A DNA stretch of 64,000 nt from Squalus acanthias (taxonomy: Eukaryota), in the NCBI GenBank assembly GCA_030390025.1, contig CM059425.1:165728001-165792000 (forward strand). The letters run 5' to 3'. Positions within the stretch are counted from its first letter, which is position 1, and the number at the start of each line of letters is the position of its first letter. Both the position numbers and the translations under genes were made by a program. Under the pieces are notes generated by a model. That model ran no database searches, had not been told where the DNA came from, and saw nothing but the letters and a program-made list of their open reading frames with translations. Shown piece by piece: positions 1 to 11,812 of this stretch.

Positions 1-187
1 AAAATAAATGTCAAATAGATTGTATTAGAAATTAGAAAATACTGCAGCATAATATATTTTCCTGCAATCTACTGGTGAGAACCCCTAGTAATGCACCTCA
101 TAATGTTAGATCATTTCAGTTCCTGCATTACTTTTGTTTTTATTACCCTTTCACACACCTCACACTATCTCTGCTGCACTTGGTCTA

Positions 188-376
188 AAATGAGAAGTCG
201 CACAACACCAGGTTATAGTCCAACAGTTTTATTTAAAATTACGAGCTTTCGGAGCTGCTGCTCCTTCGTCAGGTAGAGGTACAGTTTAAATAAAACTGTT
301 GGACTATAACCTGGTGTTGTGCGACTTCTCATTTTTGTCCACCCCAGTCCAACACCGGCATCTCCGCATCATGACC
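188..376. mobile_element. Penelope-like (PLE) mini-insertion: inverted terminal-repeat pair with hammerhead ribozyme
   Basis: Perfect 51-bp inverted arms 187-237/285-335. Hammerhead core on the - strand. Flanked by a 12-bp direct repeat GCACTTGGTCTA (176-187, 377-388). Same family as 23421-24383. Confidence 0.8.
240..275 (-). ncRNA. Minimal type I hammerhead ribozyme
   Basis: Minus strand reads TAC-CTGACGA-A-GGAGC-AGCA-GCTCC-GAAA-GCTC-GTA. This gives both conserved core boxes, stem II, stem I (TAC/GTA) and NUH triplet CUC. Confidence 0.8.
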
Positions 377-2702
377 GCACTTGGTCTAGAAGGATGTTAG
401 GAGAAATATTGAAGGGATGTGGTGGCACATTAGGGTAAACTTGGAGGTAGTCTGGATTGGTGTTAAATAACACGGAAATAAGGAGGATTGCGAATTGGGC
501 TTGCTGACCTCTGATTCTCTTCTGCTTTCCTATTGAGCAAGACTTCCTGCTGTGAGCAGGATATCTGAAGATATACCCGTGTTCGAGCATCATATGATGT
601 GCCACGTAGTTGTGGGACATGAAGTTTGGTTCACTATTCCCTCACACACTGAGCTGCCTATCTCTGACGTGTCTCCCTCCTTGCGGCCTATCTTTTGGCA
701 GAGAACTAGGAGCAGGTCCTTCACCTTCTTTACTTTAATACTCAGGTTTGTTTCAGGGTTGCAGCGTGTGAGCTGAAACTTGAAAACGTAGCTGGTCCAG
801 TGAGATTGGAATTCGGGCTGCACCTGGTAGTCTGAAGGTTAATAGACAACATTGTCATGATCCATTTGCTGATAGTATTTACTCATTTTAATTAAGCTCC
901 TTTAGGAGAGAGCTCTATCTTCCTCACCTAGTCTCTTGATGAGGTCATCAGCATTCACTGTTTAATTTTCAAAATTTCAACAAAACTGGAAGGAAAAAAA
1001 GACAATGATGTGAAGAATGGTCACAATTATTTTTTTATTTTAAAAGGGGGAAACAGTGAGATTCCATCTTTACAGCAACAACTTGGATTGATACAGTTAA
1101 ATCAAAGGTCTGACCTGCTAACTATAAGACTATCAAGGACAACACAGTGTAACCCTGAATTGTATTATATAGTAATGCTGCACGCAAACCCCACTGTTCA
1201 TTTTGAAACCGAAAGCTGGTTTGGAATCTAACTGAATAACAGCAGAAAAGTCAGTCTGTGTTTGAGCCAAGGCAAGGTTGGGTAGCCATCTGTCTGAGGT
1301 TTCAGGATCTGATTTAGGACAGTATTACAGTAACATTAAAATAAATATGTATAATTGCATTTTTGTAGTAAAACTTTAAGTATATATATTTTGTTCACAA
1401 GATTTAAAGCAGTGAAGCTAGTTTAAATAAGTTTGTTAATCTGACAGAAGAGGACAATATCAGGATGGAAGCTTTGAACTATTTGGTTAAACAGATTTAA
1501 ATCCTGGGAACAATTTAACTTTTTTTGCTCCAGTGGCTGATTAAGTAGCTAACTTGAAAGTAGAAAATGCTGGAAATGCACAGCAAGTCAGTCATCAACT
1601 ATTGTTGGTGGGTTTGCTCCCACATCTCAAAGCCTGTACCTGTTTGGCCTAAATGGGCAGCCATGTAGAGAGCTGGTGTGAGAAATGAAAACATTCACAC
1701 TGGTGCAGTAGGTGTGCTCTTCAGCGGTTGATGTTAAGGCCCATTTTGGAGAAGATGGTGTTTTACTCTGCATGTGCTCCTGCACACCCAAGTCAAGTAT
1801 AGCACAATACCGACACTGTCCCCATTGGAGAAACGTGTTGTACTTCTTAGTGCTGAGATCCCTTGTCTTCATGAGCACAAAAAAAATCAACAAAGTGTCT
1901 TAAAGTGAACAGAAATATTGAAGACTGCTAAATGTAGCGGTCACTGAAACGATGAGGACTGCCACACGTGGCTGTCAGGTTTATAATACTAAGGCGGCCC
2001 TTTAATTGTATGTGGGTGAGAAATTGGAAATTCTAAGTAACTATAGCGAAAATGTAGATATATTTTCAGGAATATTAATTGACTCCACCTCCACTAGCAA
2101 TTTGAAACGCATTAAGTGTAGAATTTTGAAGACTGCTGTAATGCATTCAGCAGCAAGTGCACAAAGGTGCTTTATTCCCTTGCTGAAGTGCCTTTCCTTT
2201 GCATTATGAACAGTACATATTAAAACTGAACTGACCTCTTCCAGGTTTGTACTCGTGGGGAGGCGCAGGTGAATTGGAACCCATACAATAGTGGCAGCTT
2301 TTTCTAGCCCCACGCACTTCAATTTTTGCTGCTAGATTAAAAAACCTAATGAAAACATTGATTAATCTTCAACAAAAAGTGGCAGCCTTTGGTGTTGCTG
2401 CCTAGAGGAATATTAAGCCTGCAGATTATTATTAGAAGGATTTTTAAGGTGTTTGATATACCTGTCAGAAAGATAAATTGATGTCAAACCATCAAACAAA
2501 ATAATTAGAATGTTATTTTCCCTACAAGCCTTCAGTCATGAACACAGTGTTTAATTTGGAGAAGTATTTCACTCCTTTTACTGTTAGAGCATACGTACTG
2601 TAATGTAGGAGGAAGGCAGTAAATCAATTGAGACTATGTAGATCTTTCCTTTTGGAATTTATGGTTCTGCAATTGGCAGTATTTAAAAATCCTGGAGATT
2701 TT

Positions 2703-3436
2703 GGGATAGAAATTGATACGTGCTGTGCCTGCTTTTCGGGTTTAAAATAGGTGCAAAACTGACTAATTTAGCAGTGGGATGGCCTGTATCCAATTTGCGC
2801 AGGGGTTTTGCCCACTTCTAAATTTGTCAGGCCTATTTTTTTTTTTTGTAACCCGGGCGGCTGCCTAAAACAGGCATTAGGCCTCGTGCACATGTAAAAC
2901 AAAATTTATTCAATCTCTGGATGTGTCTGCCAATGACCAGACTGACATTTATTGCCCTTGAGAAGGTGGTGGTGGGCCTTCAACTTGAATCGCTGCAGTC
3001 CATGTGGTGAAGGTGCTCCCACAATGCTGTTAGATAGGAAGTTTCAGGATTTTGATCCAGCCTAACCCCTGTTGAAGGACCCCTCTGCAAAAGTTGTCTC
3101 CGATGAGGGGGGCAGGGATTTTTTTTTTTAAAACCTTCCTGTGAAGCCAGGAGAAGTAGGAGTGCTTCCCTGACTGACTCCACATTTGGTGCGATTGCTC
3201 TTCCCCGTAGCCCCTTCCTAATTGGGGGGTTGGAATTACTTTGGTGAGGAAAGCGGTTCTACATTGACGACCCGCAATAAGTGAGTTGCCCGTGAGAGCA
3301 TTGCAGGCGCTGGCAGCTTGCGAATAAAATACTAATGCTAATTTCAGGCCGGTCTCGGGCCTCTTGTTTTGGGCGCGCGCTACCTCAGCAGCACTGAGTC
3401 TAGGCCTGAAAACAGGCCCAGACAAAATTCTACCCC
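2703..3436. mobile_element. Old PIF/Harbinger-type MITE
   Basis: Ends GGGATAGAAATT and AATTCTACCCC. TTT on both sides. Interrupted by a LINE 3' fragment. Confidence 0.65.
2905..3062 (-). mobile_element. LINE 3'-end fragment (same family as 49731-50563)
   Basis: Matches CATTTATTGCCC...CGCTGCAGTCC.TGTGGTGAAGGT...CAGGATTTTGA seen at 49.8 kb and 52.4/52.9 kb. Confidence 0.75.
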
Positions 3437-4087
3437 TTTATCTCTAACACTGTAGAGCAGGCAAGGTGTAGGCGGAGGAGGTAAGAAAGAGGGAGGCAGA
3501 TTTAAACTAATGGAGACCACTACTGTTCTTCAATAATGCAATGGTTATGTTGCTAGTTATGGGTTTAACTCGTTGCAACTGCTTGGAGTTTTTTCCTTTC
3601 TCTGACTGGAGTTAACTCCTTGTGGTGGCAGGTGAGCCACAAGTAGTTTCCAGGTTTGTCCCAATCACAACATTACATAATGGTGCAATGCATCCCTTTT
3701 TACACCGAATTACTTTTTTTAAATTGTTTTATTGGGAGGGGTGGTGACAAAATATTGCAGAGATTCCAAAATTTTCCACTGCAGATCTGTCATGAGTTTC
3801 TTTTTTAAATAGCTGAATGTGGGCCTTTTGTCTCGCTTGATAACTAGTGGTAAAACTGACTCCAATACAGAGAATCCTGATTTTTAAAAAAAAAAAATTC
3901 TAATCTGGACACTTATTTGAACATGATTCTTCGTGACTAGTTTTGTTAACTGTTGGGGTATTTAGCAGCCACGGAGTATTCTATTTTGAGGCGGGGAAAC
4001 TACTGGGACCATTTTTCCCTGTCCTGGAAACATTTATCTTGTTAAAATAACAAAGTGCCACAGTCCTCATGTAATCATTCCCTTTCT

Positions 4088-4791
4088 TTCCCAACAATCG
4101 CTGGCAGTCCATCCAGCATTACTGTCTTTTAACACTCCCGATTAGGCAGTTCACACTCTTGTGGCCTCTCAGTCCAGTCTGTGGTTAAGGCTAGTGATTT
4201 GTCCCAGCATGAACACCCCTAACAAATCCCATATGACTGTAACCCTATATGGTGTGATTATTAAAAATTTCTCGTCGAGCTGCCAAACTTGGCACCGACC
4301 TATGATGAACATTTTAGCAGACCGTTCCCTTTTTGTATAGGATGTTTTTATTTGACATAAAATAAATAATTCTGTGTCCTGGTCAACGTTCCTCCTCCAA
4401 ACAATACCACCAGACATTCACCTCTTTGTGGGACACTGCTGGCGTAAAACGGCTGCCATATTTTCCTACTTAGCAGTGGTCATTCAACTCCAGAACTGCT
4501 TAGAATCAGTGTTCTAGAACAGAAGCAGTCCATTTGGCTCAGAGTTTGCACTGATATTTTCTCCATGTGAGCCACTGGGTCTCGCAAGTTTGGTAGCTGG
4601 GGTAGCAATTTTTAATAATCACACCATATAGGGTCCCAGTTATATGGGATTTGATGGGGGATCTCCTGCTGCAACAGATCACTAGTCTTAACGATGGACT
4701 GGACTGAGAGGTGCATCACAGAGTACGAACTGGCTAATCGGGAGTGTTAAAAGACAGTAATGCTGGAGGGACTTCCAGAGCTTGTTGGGAA
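4088..4791. repeat. Long inverted repeat, ~205-bp arms (4088-4291 / 4585-4791) with ~290-bp spacer
   Basis: Direct reverse-complement match, including perfect blocks 4112-4145/4734-4767 (34 bp) and 4242-4269/4607-4634 (28 bp). Confidence 0.9.
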
Positions 4792-6128
4792 CTCCGTCTG
4801 CTCGCTCCCCATATTCTCTACTATTCCTCTCTTTTTCATTGTTACGTGATATGCTAAGGTTAAAATGTTGTTAAATTGTCTTTGTTTATGTTGAATTGTA
4901 CTTTTTGTGATCATTGTGAAAGGATTACCATGATTTCTGAACTTGTGTCCATTTTACCACTAGCTCTCTCGCCACACAAGGCCTGTTTTCAGACACAGTC
5001 ATCTAAGTTGTCCCATTTGTTTGGCTGGAATTGAGGCTGTGTGTGAGGGAGCTATGAACTGACAGAAGAGCTAATCTTGCCAGCAGGAGTGCTGCTGAGA
5101 ATTGGCACTTGCCTCTCCTTTGGATATAGTGATCAGGATATTTTAAATATCATTCTTTTTGCATGTTATGTGGACATTTGAGTTGGAGTAGCACTGCACT
5201 TTACTTGCAACTTCCCTATTATTTCCAGGCAAGTTTCCTGTAATAAATCACCAAACCTTCAGCGATGGTTTGCCACAGCTTCTGCTCTCTGACTGTGGGT
5301 AGTCACTCTCTAGTGTCCCATGTGGCACCTTCTTTGGTGATCGCCACAGTAACCTGACCGAAACTAAAATGACAGCATTTCTAGAAGGACCCCCCCAACT
5401 CCTGCCCCTATTATGATAGCCGAATACCATTCCACCATCTGGGCAACAAAAGTTCAGTCTGAAAAATTTAAAAAGGTTAGAAATAGTTTAAAAAACAGCT
5501 TTAAAAGGTATGAAGTAAATTGACTATTCAGTGCAAACTGGTATGAAGGCAATAAATATTGAACTCGCAGGCTGACCTTTGCAGTCTCCGAGTAAGGTCA
5601 CTTATGGGTTGTGAGGTCAGGTCACTTGTTGAATATTTATGGGATTTAATGAGTTTCCACTGTGCCACTGCAGTGTTACCACACTTTCATTACTACTGGA
5701 GGAGCTGGTACAGGTTGCTTGTGTTCCAGTTGAAAGCTCTTGCAGTTAAACACATTGGTAGCTTTGGATGTTTACTTAAGCCCCAGAGCTTACTGTCACG
5801 TTACACCGTGTACAGAAAGAGACTCGCTGAACTGGAACATCATACTCTAAGAGAAGAGCTGAACAAATGTAGTTGCTGTCTCTAATAGCCATGTTCCCAG
5901 TGTACAGAACATAAAGTGGTATGTTTTATTGCTAGTGTTGAAAATTTTCTAGTTTGACGTTTCATGATTAAGGTTTAGGCATTGACCAATAAAAGTATTA
6001 AAGAATCTGTGTAATCAATGTGATATTGCTGCACTTTATTCTACAAGTACAAGGGTGACTGCCAGGTGATGCTTGCATTTTTGAACTTGTTTCCAAATCC
6101 TACATGAGCTAAATAACCATAGACATTA

Positions 6129-6142
6129 GTCACCATGGCAAC
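6129..6142. promoter_or_regulatory. RFX X-box consensus match
   Basis: GTCACCATGGCAAC fits GTNRCC-AT-GGYAAC and lies in non-repeat DNA. Motif match only. Confidence 0.4.
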
Positions 6143-6554
6143 ACCACCTGCAGAAACTCCCATTACTGAGGCAGCATCTGTAAGGCATCCTGTCTCCGTG
6201 GATAATGATTCTCCTCCCAAATTGTATTTTTAAAATTATGACCAAGTTGCTGTATCCTGAGCATGTGTAATCTCTTTCCTGTGCGCCTCATACAAATGCA
6301 ACCAGATGCAGACTGAAGCTACTTTCCTTTCCCATATCGATCAACAGCACCCACCCTTCTTCATCTTCTACAGTAATGTGTATTAAAGAGAAGGGATGGA
6401 AGAACTTGCATTTATTACCGTGTTTCAAAGCACTTCTTGGAGTGAATTGTTATGTAGTTGAATGTGGCAACCATTTTGCATATAGCAAGGTTCCCCAAAC
6501 CATTTGAGAAATGTTTCTATCACCTGCTGCAAAAGGACCATGTGAGATAAACAT

Positions 6555-7279
6555 AACGGTCTGTGGCAAAGCAAAGGCACTCATCACTGGCCCCGAAGAA
6601 AGCTGCCCACATAGATCTCGCAATCTCTGTGGCGAGAAGTTTGCCTTTTTCGACGTTCAAGTGATTTCAGCGCTCTGTAGTGGGAATTCCTAGTGCAATG
6701 CTTCTGTAACATCAACAAGCTGTCTAAGCAGCCAATCACATCACAGAATTCTCAGACAGGAAACGAGAAGCTGCTTTTATCTGGACTTTTAAAAAATGTT
6801 AGAGAGCGAAACAAAGATTGGGACTCTCACATAGGGATAAGGTAGAACCTGAAATATCATGAACAAACGTAAAGTTTTTTTAGAAATTGTAATTTTTATC
6901 ATAATGGAGAAATTTGACACTCCACGAATATAAAAATTAGTTTTTCAGGGCATTAACATTTGTTTAGCAGTCAATATGCTGTTAAAACCCCAATTACACC
7001 TATTCCAACAAGGCTTAACTTTTAATGGGGTATTTAACAGCGATATTACTGCGGAAAAGCCCAGGCTTTTGTCAGTTTCACTGATTGTCGGCTATGGAGG
7101 GGGGTGGGGGGGCGTCCAGAGCGTGGCCAGTGTCGGAGCAGTGAATGACTGACCGTAACTTCAGGATTTCTGTGTTTAGATGTGCATGCGCTACATCCTG
7201 AAGTTGCGGTCAGTTTCAGAGGGGTAATAACAGCGAATTCTGTTAGTTCGCTGTCATCACCCACCGCAAATTCCAGGCC
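6555..7279 (-). mobile_element. Harbinger-type MITE, family of 43110-43876, one end eroded
   Basis: Reverse complement is colinear with 43110-43876. Ends AAATTCCAGGCC. Internal hairpin CTGACCGTAACTTCAGGAT...ATCCTGAAGTTGCGGTCAG (7150-7213). Confidence 0.7.
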
Positions 7280-7610
7280 AACCATTCCAACTGAAACAAA
7301 TAATACAAAAAGCAACTTAAAGTGCCTGCAAATGATGAACAGGAACAGGAACAAAGTCAACATTATTTATAAAGCTGGGTGGCACCATGGAGTGATGGCT
7401 CATCGCTGAACTACTGCCTTGTGACTTGCTGCCAGTCATCTATAATCCTATATATGTAACAGCCAGCATAAATAAACACCAAGTATCCTATTTAACTGAC
7501 ATGCTACCCCAGTGACTTGACAGTATTACAAATAAATTGGCCAACAAGAATTTCAATATTAACATGGTAGTCCAATATGATGAATTTTGTTGCAGTCATT
7601 AAGAATTGTG

Positions 7611-9652
7611 CATAAGAAATAGGAGCAGGAGTAGGCCATTCGGCCCTTCGAGCCTGCTCCGCCATTCAATGAGATCATGGCTGATCTTCTGCCTCAACTC
7701 CATTCACCGGCCCTATCGCCATATCCCTTGATGCCCTTACTAGTCAGAAATCTATCGACTTCTGTCCTGAATGGCCTACCCTTTATCTTGAGGCTGTGGC
7801 CCCTGGTTCTAGACTCCCCAGCTAAGGGAAACATTCTCCCAGCATCCATCCTATCAAGCCCTGTAATAATTTTGTATGCTTCAATGAGATCCCCTCTCAT
7901 TCTTCTGAATTCAAGAGAATACAGGCCTAGTTTACTCAATCTCTTCTCATATGACAGTCCCGCCATCCCAGGAATCAATCTTGTGAACCTTCGTTGCACT
8001 CCCTCTATGGCATGTATATCCTTCCTTAGGTAAGGAGACCAAAATTGTACACTGTATTCCAGGTGTGGTCTCACCAAGGCCCTATATAATTGGAGTAAGA
8101 CTTCTTTACTCCTGTACTCAAATCCTCTTGTAATGAAGGCCAGCATACCATTTACCTTCGTAATGGCTTGCTGCACCTGCACATTCACTTTCAGTGACTC
8201 ATGTACAAGGACACCCAGGTCCCTTTGAGCATCTGCATTCCCCAATCTTTCACCTTTGTTTTTTCTACCAAAGTGGATAACTTCACATTTATCCACATTA
8301 TATTCCATCTGCCATGTTCTCGCCAACTCACTGAGCCTGTCGAGATCCCCTTGAAGCCTCTTCACATGCTCTTCGCAACTGACACTGCCACCTAGCTTTG
8401 TATCATCAGCAAATTTGGAAATGTTACATTTAGTCCTTTCATCCAAATCATTGATATAGATTGTGAATAGCTGGGGCCCAAGCACCGATCCTTGCGGTAC
8501 CCCACTAGTCACAGCCTGCCATCCTGAAAAAGACCTGTTTATCCCTACTCTTTGTTTTCTGTCTGTTAACCAATTCTCAATCCATGCAAGTATATTACCC
8601 CCAATTCCATGTGCCCTAATTTTGTTCACCAACCTCTTGTGTGGGACCTTATCGAAGGCCTTCTGGAAATCCAGATACACCACATCTACCGGTTCCCCTT
8701 TGTCTACTCCACTAGTTACATCCTCAAAGAACTCCAACAGGTTTGTCAAACAGGATTTCCCTTTCATATTACTATTAGTTTCTAAGTGTCCAGCTATTGC
8801 ATCCTTTATAATAGATTCCAGCATTTTCCCAACTACTGATGTGAGGCTAACAGGTCTGTAGTTCCCCATTTTCTCTCTCCCTCCTTTCTTAAATAGCGGG
8901 GTTACATTTGATGTCCTCCAATCTGCAGGAACCGTTCCAGAATTTTGGAAGATGACAACCAATGCGTCCACTATTCCAATGGCCACCTCTTTCAAAACCC
9001 TAGGATGTAGGTCATCCGGTCCTTGGGATTTGCCGACTTTTAGTCCCATTAATTTTGCTAGTACTGTTTTTTTACTAATAATTTCTTTAAGTTCCTCATT
9101 CTCATCACACCCTTAGTTTTCTCGTATTTCTGGGAGGTTTTTTGTGTCTTCCTCCGTGAAGACAGAACCAAAGTATTTATTTTCTCTGCCATTTCCTCAT
9201 TCCCCATTATAAATTCTCCTGTCTCTGACTGTAAAGGACCTACATTTACCTTCGCCAGTCTTTTCCGTTTCACATACCTATAGAAGCTTTTACAATCTGT
9301 TTTTATATTTTTCGCTAGTTTGTGCTCATATTCCATTTTCCCTTTCTTTATCAATTTCTTGGTCCCCCCTTTGCTGATGTCTAAAACGATCCCAATCCTC
9401 AGGCTGACTGCTTTTTCTGGCAACTTTATAAGCTTCCTCCTTTGACTTAATACTAGCTTTAATTTCTTTTGTTAGCCATGGTTGGATCACTTTTCCTTTT
9501 GGGTTTTTAATGCCCTAGAGGAATATATGTTTGTTGCAAATTATGCATTATTTCCTTGAATGTTAGCCATTGTTTGTCCACCTTCATACCTTTTAGTGTA
9601 GTCTCCCAATCTACCATGGCCAACGTGTCCCTCATACCCTTGTAGTTTCCTC
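7611..9652 (-). mobile_element. CR1 LINE, 5'-truncated
   Basis: CR1 3' UTR at ~7611-7690 (shared with other copies). RT ORF and upstream linker remnants. Confidence 0.95.
7694..9049 (-). pseudogene. CR1 ORF2 reverse transcriptase remnant with internal deletions
   Basis: NYRPVSLTS, YLDFQKAFDKV, GVPQGSVLGP and FADD motifs. Segments present in sister copies (e.g. SQHGF) are missing. Confidence 0.9.
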
Positions 9653-9799
9653 TGTTTGTGGAAAAACATGTCACAGCGTGATCAAACCATGCTGCCTTTG
9701 AGGCTCCTCTTCCTGGAATCCCATCCGAAAGAGAGAATTAGTGTTGAGTCAAAATTAAATATTTAAAATAAATTAACCAATTTATTTCTGTGGCACATT

Positions 9800-11812
9800 G
9801 GGGGTGAAATTTGATAAAGCTGAAAATTGGGCGCGTGCACCGCATTGCACAATCTGCCCGTGCCCATCGAAAGGAGTTCAGGCAGCACGTCAATTTCGTG
9901 CTGCCTGCTACTTTAAATGGTTGTAGCGCACACCCAGCGCTGAACGTGCTGCTGACAGGCTGTGCGCTCAGCAGGAGGCCGAAGTTCTCTGTTTGAGCGA
10001 GACTAGCTTTCCTTAAAGCTAGCCTGCTCCCCGTAAAGGAAGTCTGCACCTCTTAAAAGGTGAGCTGCCTTCAGGTGATCAAAAGTGCTAAAAGTGCTTC
10101 AGCCCTAACCCAAATGGCTCAACGGGCCAGGGAAAGGGCACCCAGGGTCTCTGAAGCAGCACTCGAGCTTTGTGCAGGGGTTGAACACTGGAAGAGTTCC
10201 TCTACCCACAGGGGGCCAGAAGGCCCTCCAGAAAGAAGGATGTAGGACCAGCAGTGTTGTCCCTGGGACCTGGCTCCAGTGCCCAAATAAGTTTCATGAC
10301 CTCAGACAAGTAGTCAAGGTCAGTGAATGCATCTTCAAAAGCCATTTCCTACCAACTGCACCACTAGCCTCACACACTGCTCAATGCACAACCCCCTGCC
10401 ACCCCCACCCCCACCCAATCACTCACCTACCAACAATCTGTACCAAACACAAGGCAAACTTCACATTCCTAGCTTCACCTCACCCCCTTGGAGGAGACGG
10501 TGCTGGCCATTCTTGGCAGGGGCATGGCTGAGTCCTTGGCCAGCGGCAGGGCTGAAAGAATACAAGTTGTCGGTATCCTCATACGTTAGCTTCTTTCTCA
10601 CATCCCACTTCCCCATCATCCCACAATATCTTCTGATTTACAAGCTGCACATGGTGTAAGCATGCATCTCTTGCTTTCCCCCCTCTCCTCACCACAACCC
10701 TACCCTTGTGCCTTCCTCATTTCAGACACCCAAGAAATCCAGCCTGCCCAGCCAATGATTGAACAAGAAGAGTGAGAGGAGAGTGAAGAAGAAACAAAGC
10801 TGTCACTCGATTTCACACTCCCAGCCACCAGCTCCTCGAGGTCGTCCTGCAAGGCCATCTTTGGTCTCCCCCACTGAAAGTCAGAAACCTTCCACCAGAC
10901 TTGCTGCAGCCACTGGGGTAGCATTGCATAGGAGCATTGGATAGGCAAAGGGACACGCAAGACACTCACTAGGGGAATGCACAAGGGTGATTAGGTGATT
11001 TTTTTGATGTAATATTGGATGCAAATATGGATAAAGTTGGATTGGAAAGTTTGCTTTGTGGTGGCTTTTATTTGGGTATTGTGGGCCAAGAGGATGCTGT
11101 GATGGTCAGTAACGGAGGTAAGGTGTGGGATAAGGGGAATTGGAGGTTGTGTTCACTGGTACCGCAGGCGGATGATTTGATCCCGGATATCCCGCCCAGA
11201 AAGAGAGTGTCTGGGTTGCCTCCTTCTTTCCACTTGCTCCTCTTCCCTCTGTGAGCAGCTTGTCCCCTTTTCTGCCTCTGCTCCATCTCCATGTCATGTT
11301 GTAGCCCAAGGGGGACTGCAACTAGAGCTCCCAAGACTGGGAGCAAGGGGTGTTCTCAGAGGCCTTCCTTTAAGAGACAAAGCCTTGCAAACGTCCAGCA
11401 GCACTCCCTTCACACTTCAACAACTTTTTAAATGTATTGCACCAAGCCACTATTCAAATTAAATGTGAAGAAACCAGTACAAAAAGCAAAAATCTAAACT
11501 TACCTGAATGCTGCGTGTGTCCCTTTGAGAAGTGCTGGCAGCGGGTCTGTCGTGCAGCTGTACGTGCTTTGGAGAGGCCATTGAAAGGAGTGACGACATT
11601 CAACTTAGCAGGTCGTGTGCCAATTCAGTGTTGCACGCTGATTGATGTCACAATCTGACTAATTACCATATTTGCAGCAAGCGCAGGCACTGGCAGCACT
11701 GCCGACCTGCCCAAAATGGCGGCCGCCACATTCCGCACTGGAAGTAGGTGGAAGCGAGGCGGCTGTCTTTTTTTCTCTCTGAAACCGGCCTAAGGTGCCG
11801 AATTTCATGGCC
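9800..11812. mobile_element. Degraded, internally deleted Harbinger transposon
   Basis: Ends GGGGGTGAAATT and AATTTCATGGCC with ATT TSD. Myb/SANT-like start MAQRARERAPRVSEAALE at 10114 (+), with a WLQCPNKFHDL remnant. Probable transposase N-terminal remnant on - near 11.1-11.35 kb. Confidence 0.75.

Noticed and set aside
400..840. Possible ancient L1/Tx1-like ORF1 remnant on - (similar impression at 37560-37960)
   Set aside because: Only faint peptide resemblance (HGYIFRYP; IGSTGYRIFTG). It cannot be supported without a profile search.
7677..8861. Antisense ORFs over CR1 RT (also 59632-60118 and others)
   Set aside because: Shadow frames of the RT coding strand that recur in every CR1 copy.
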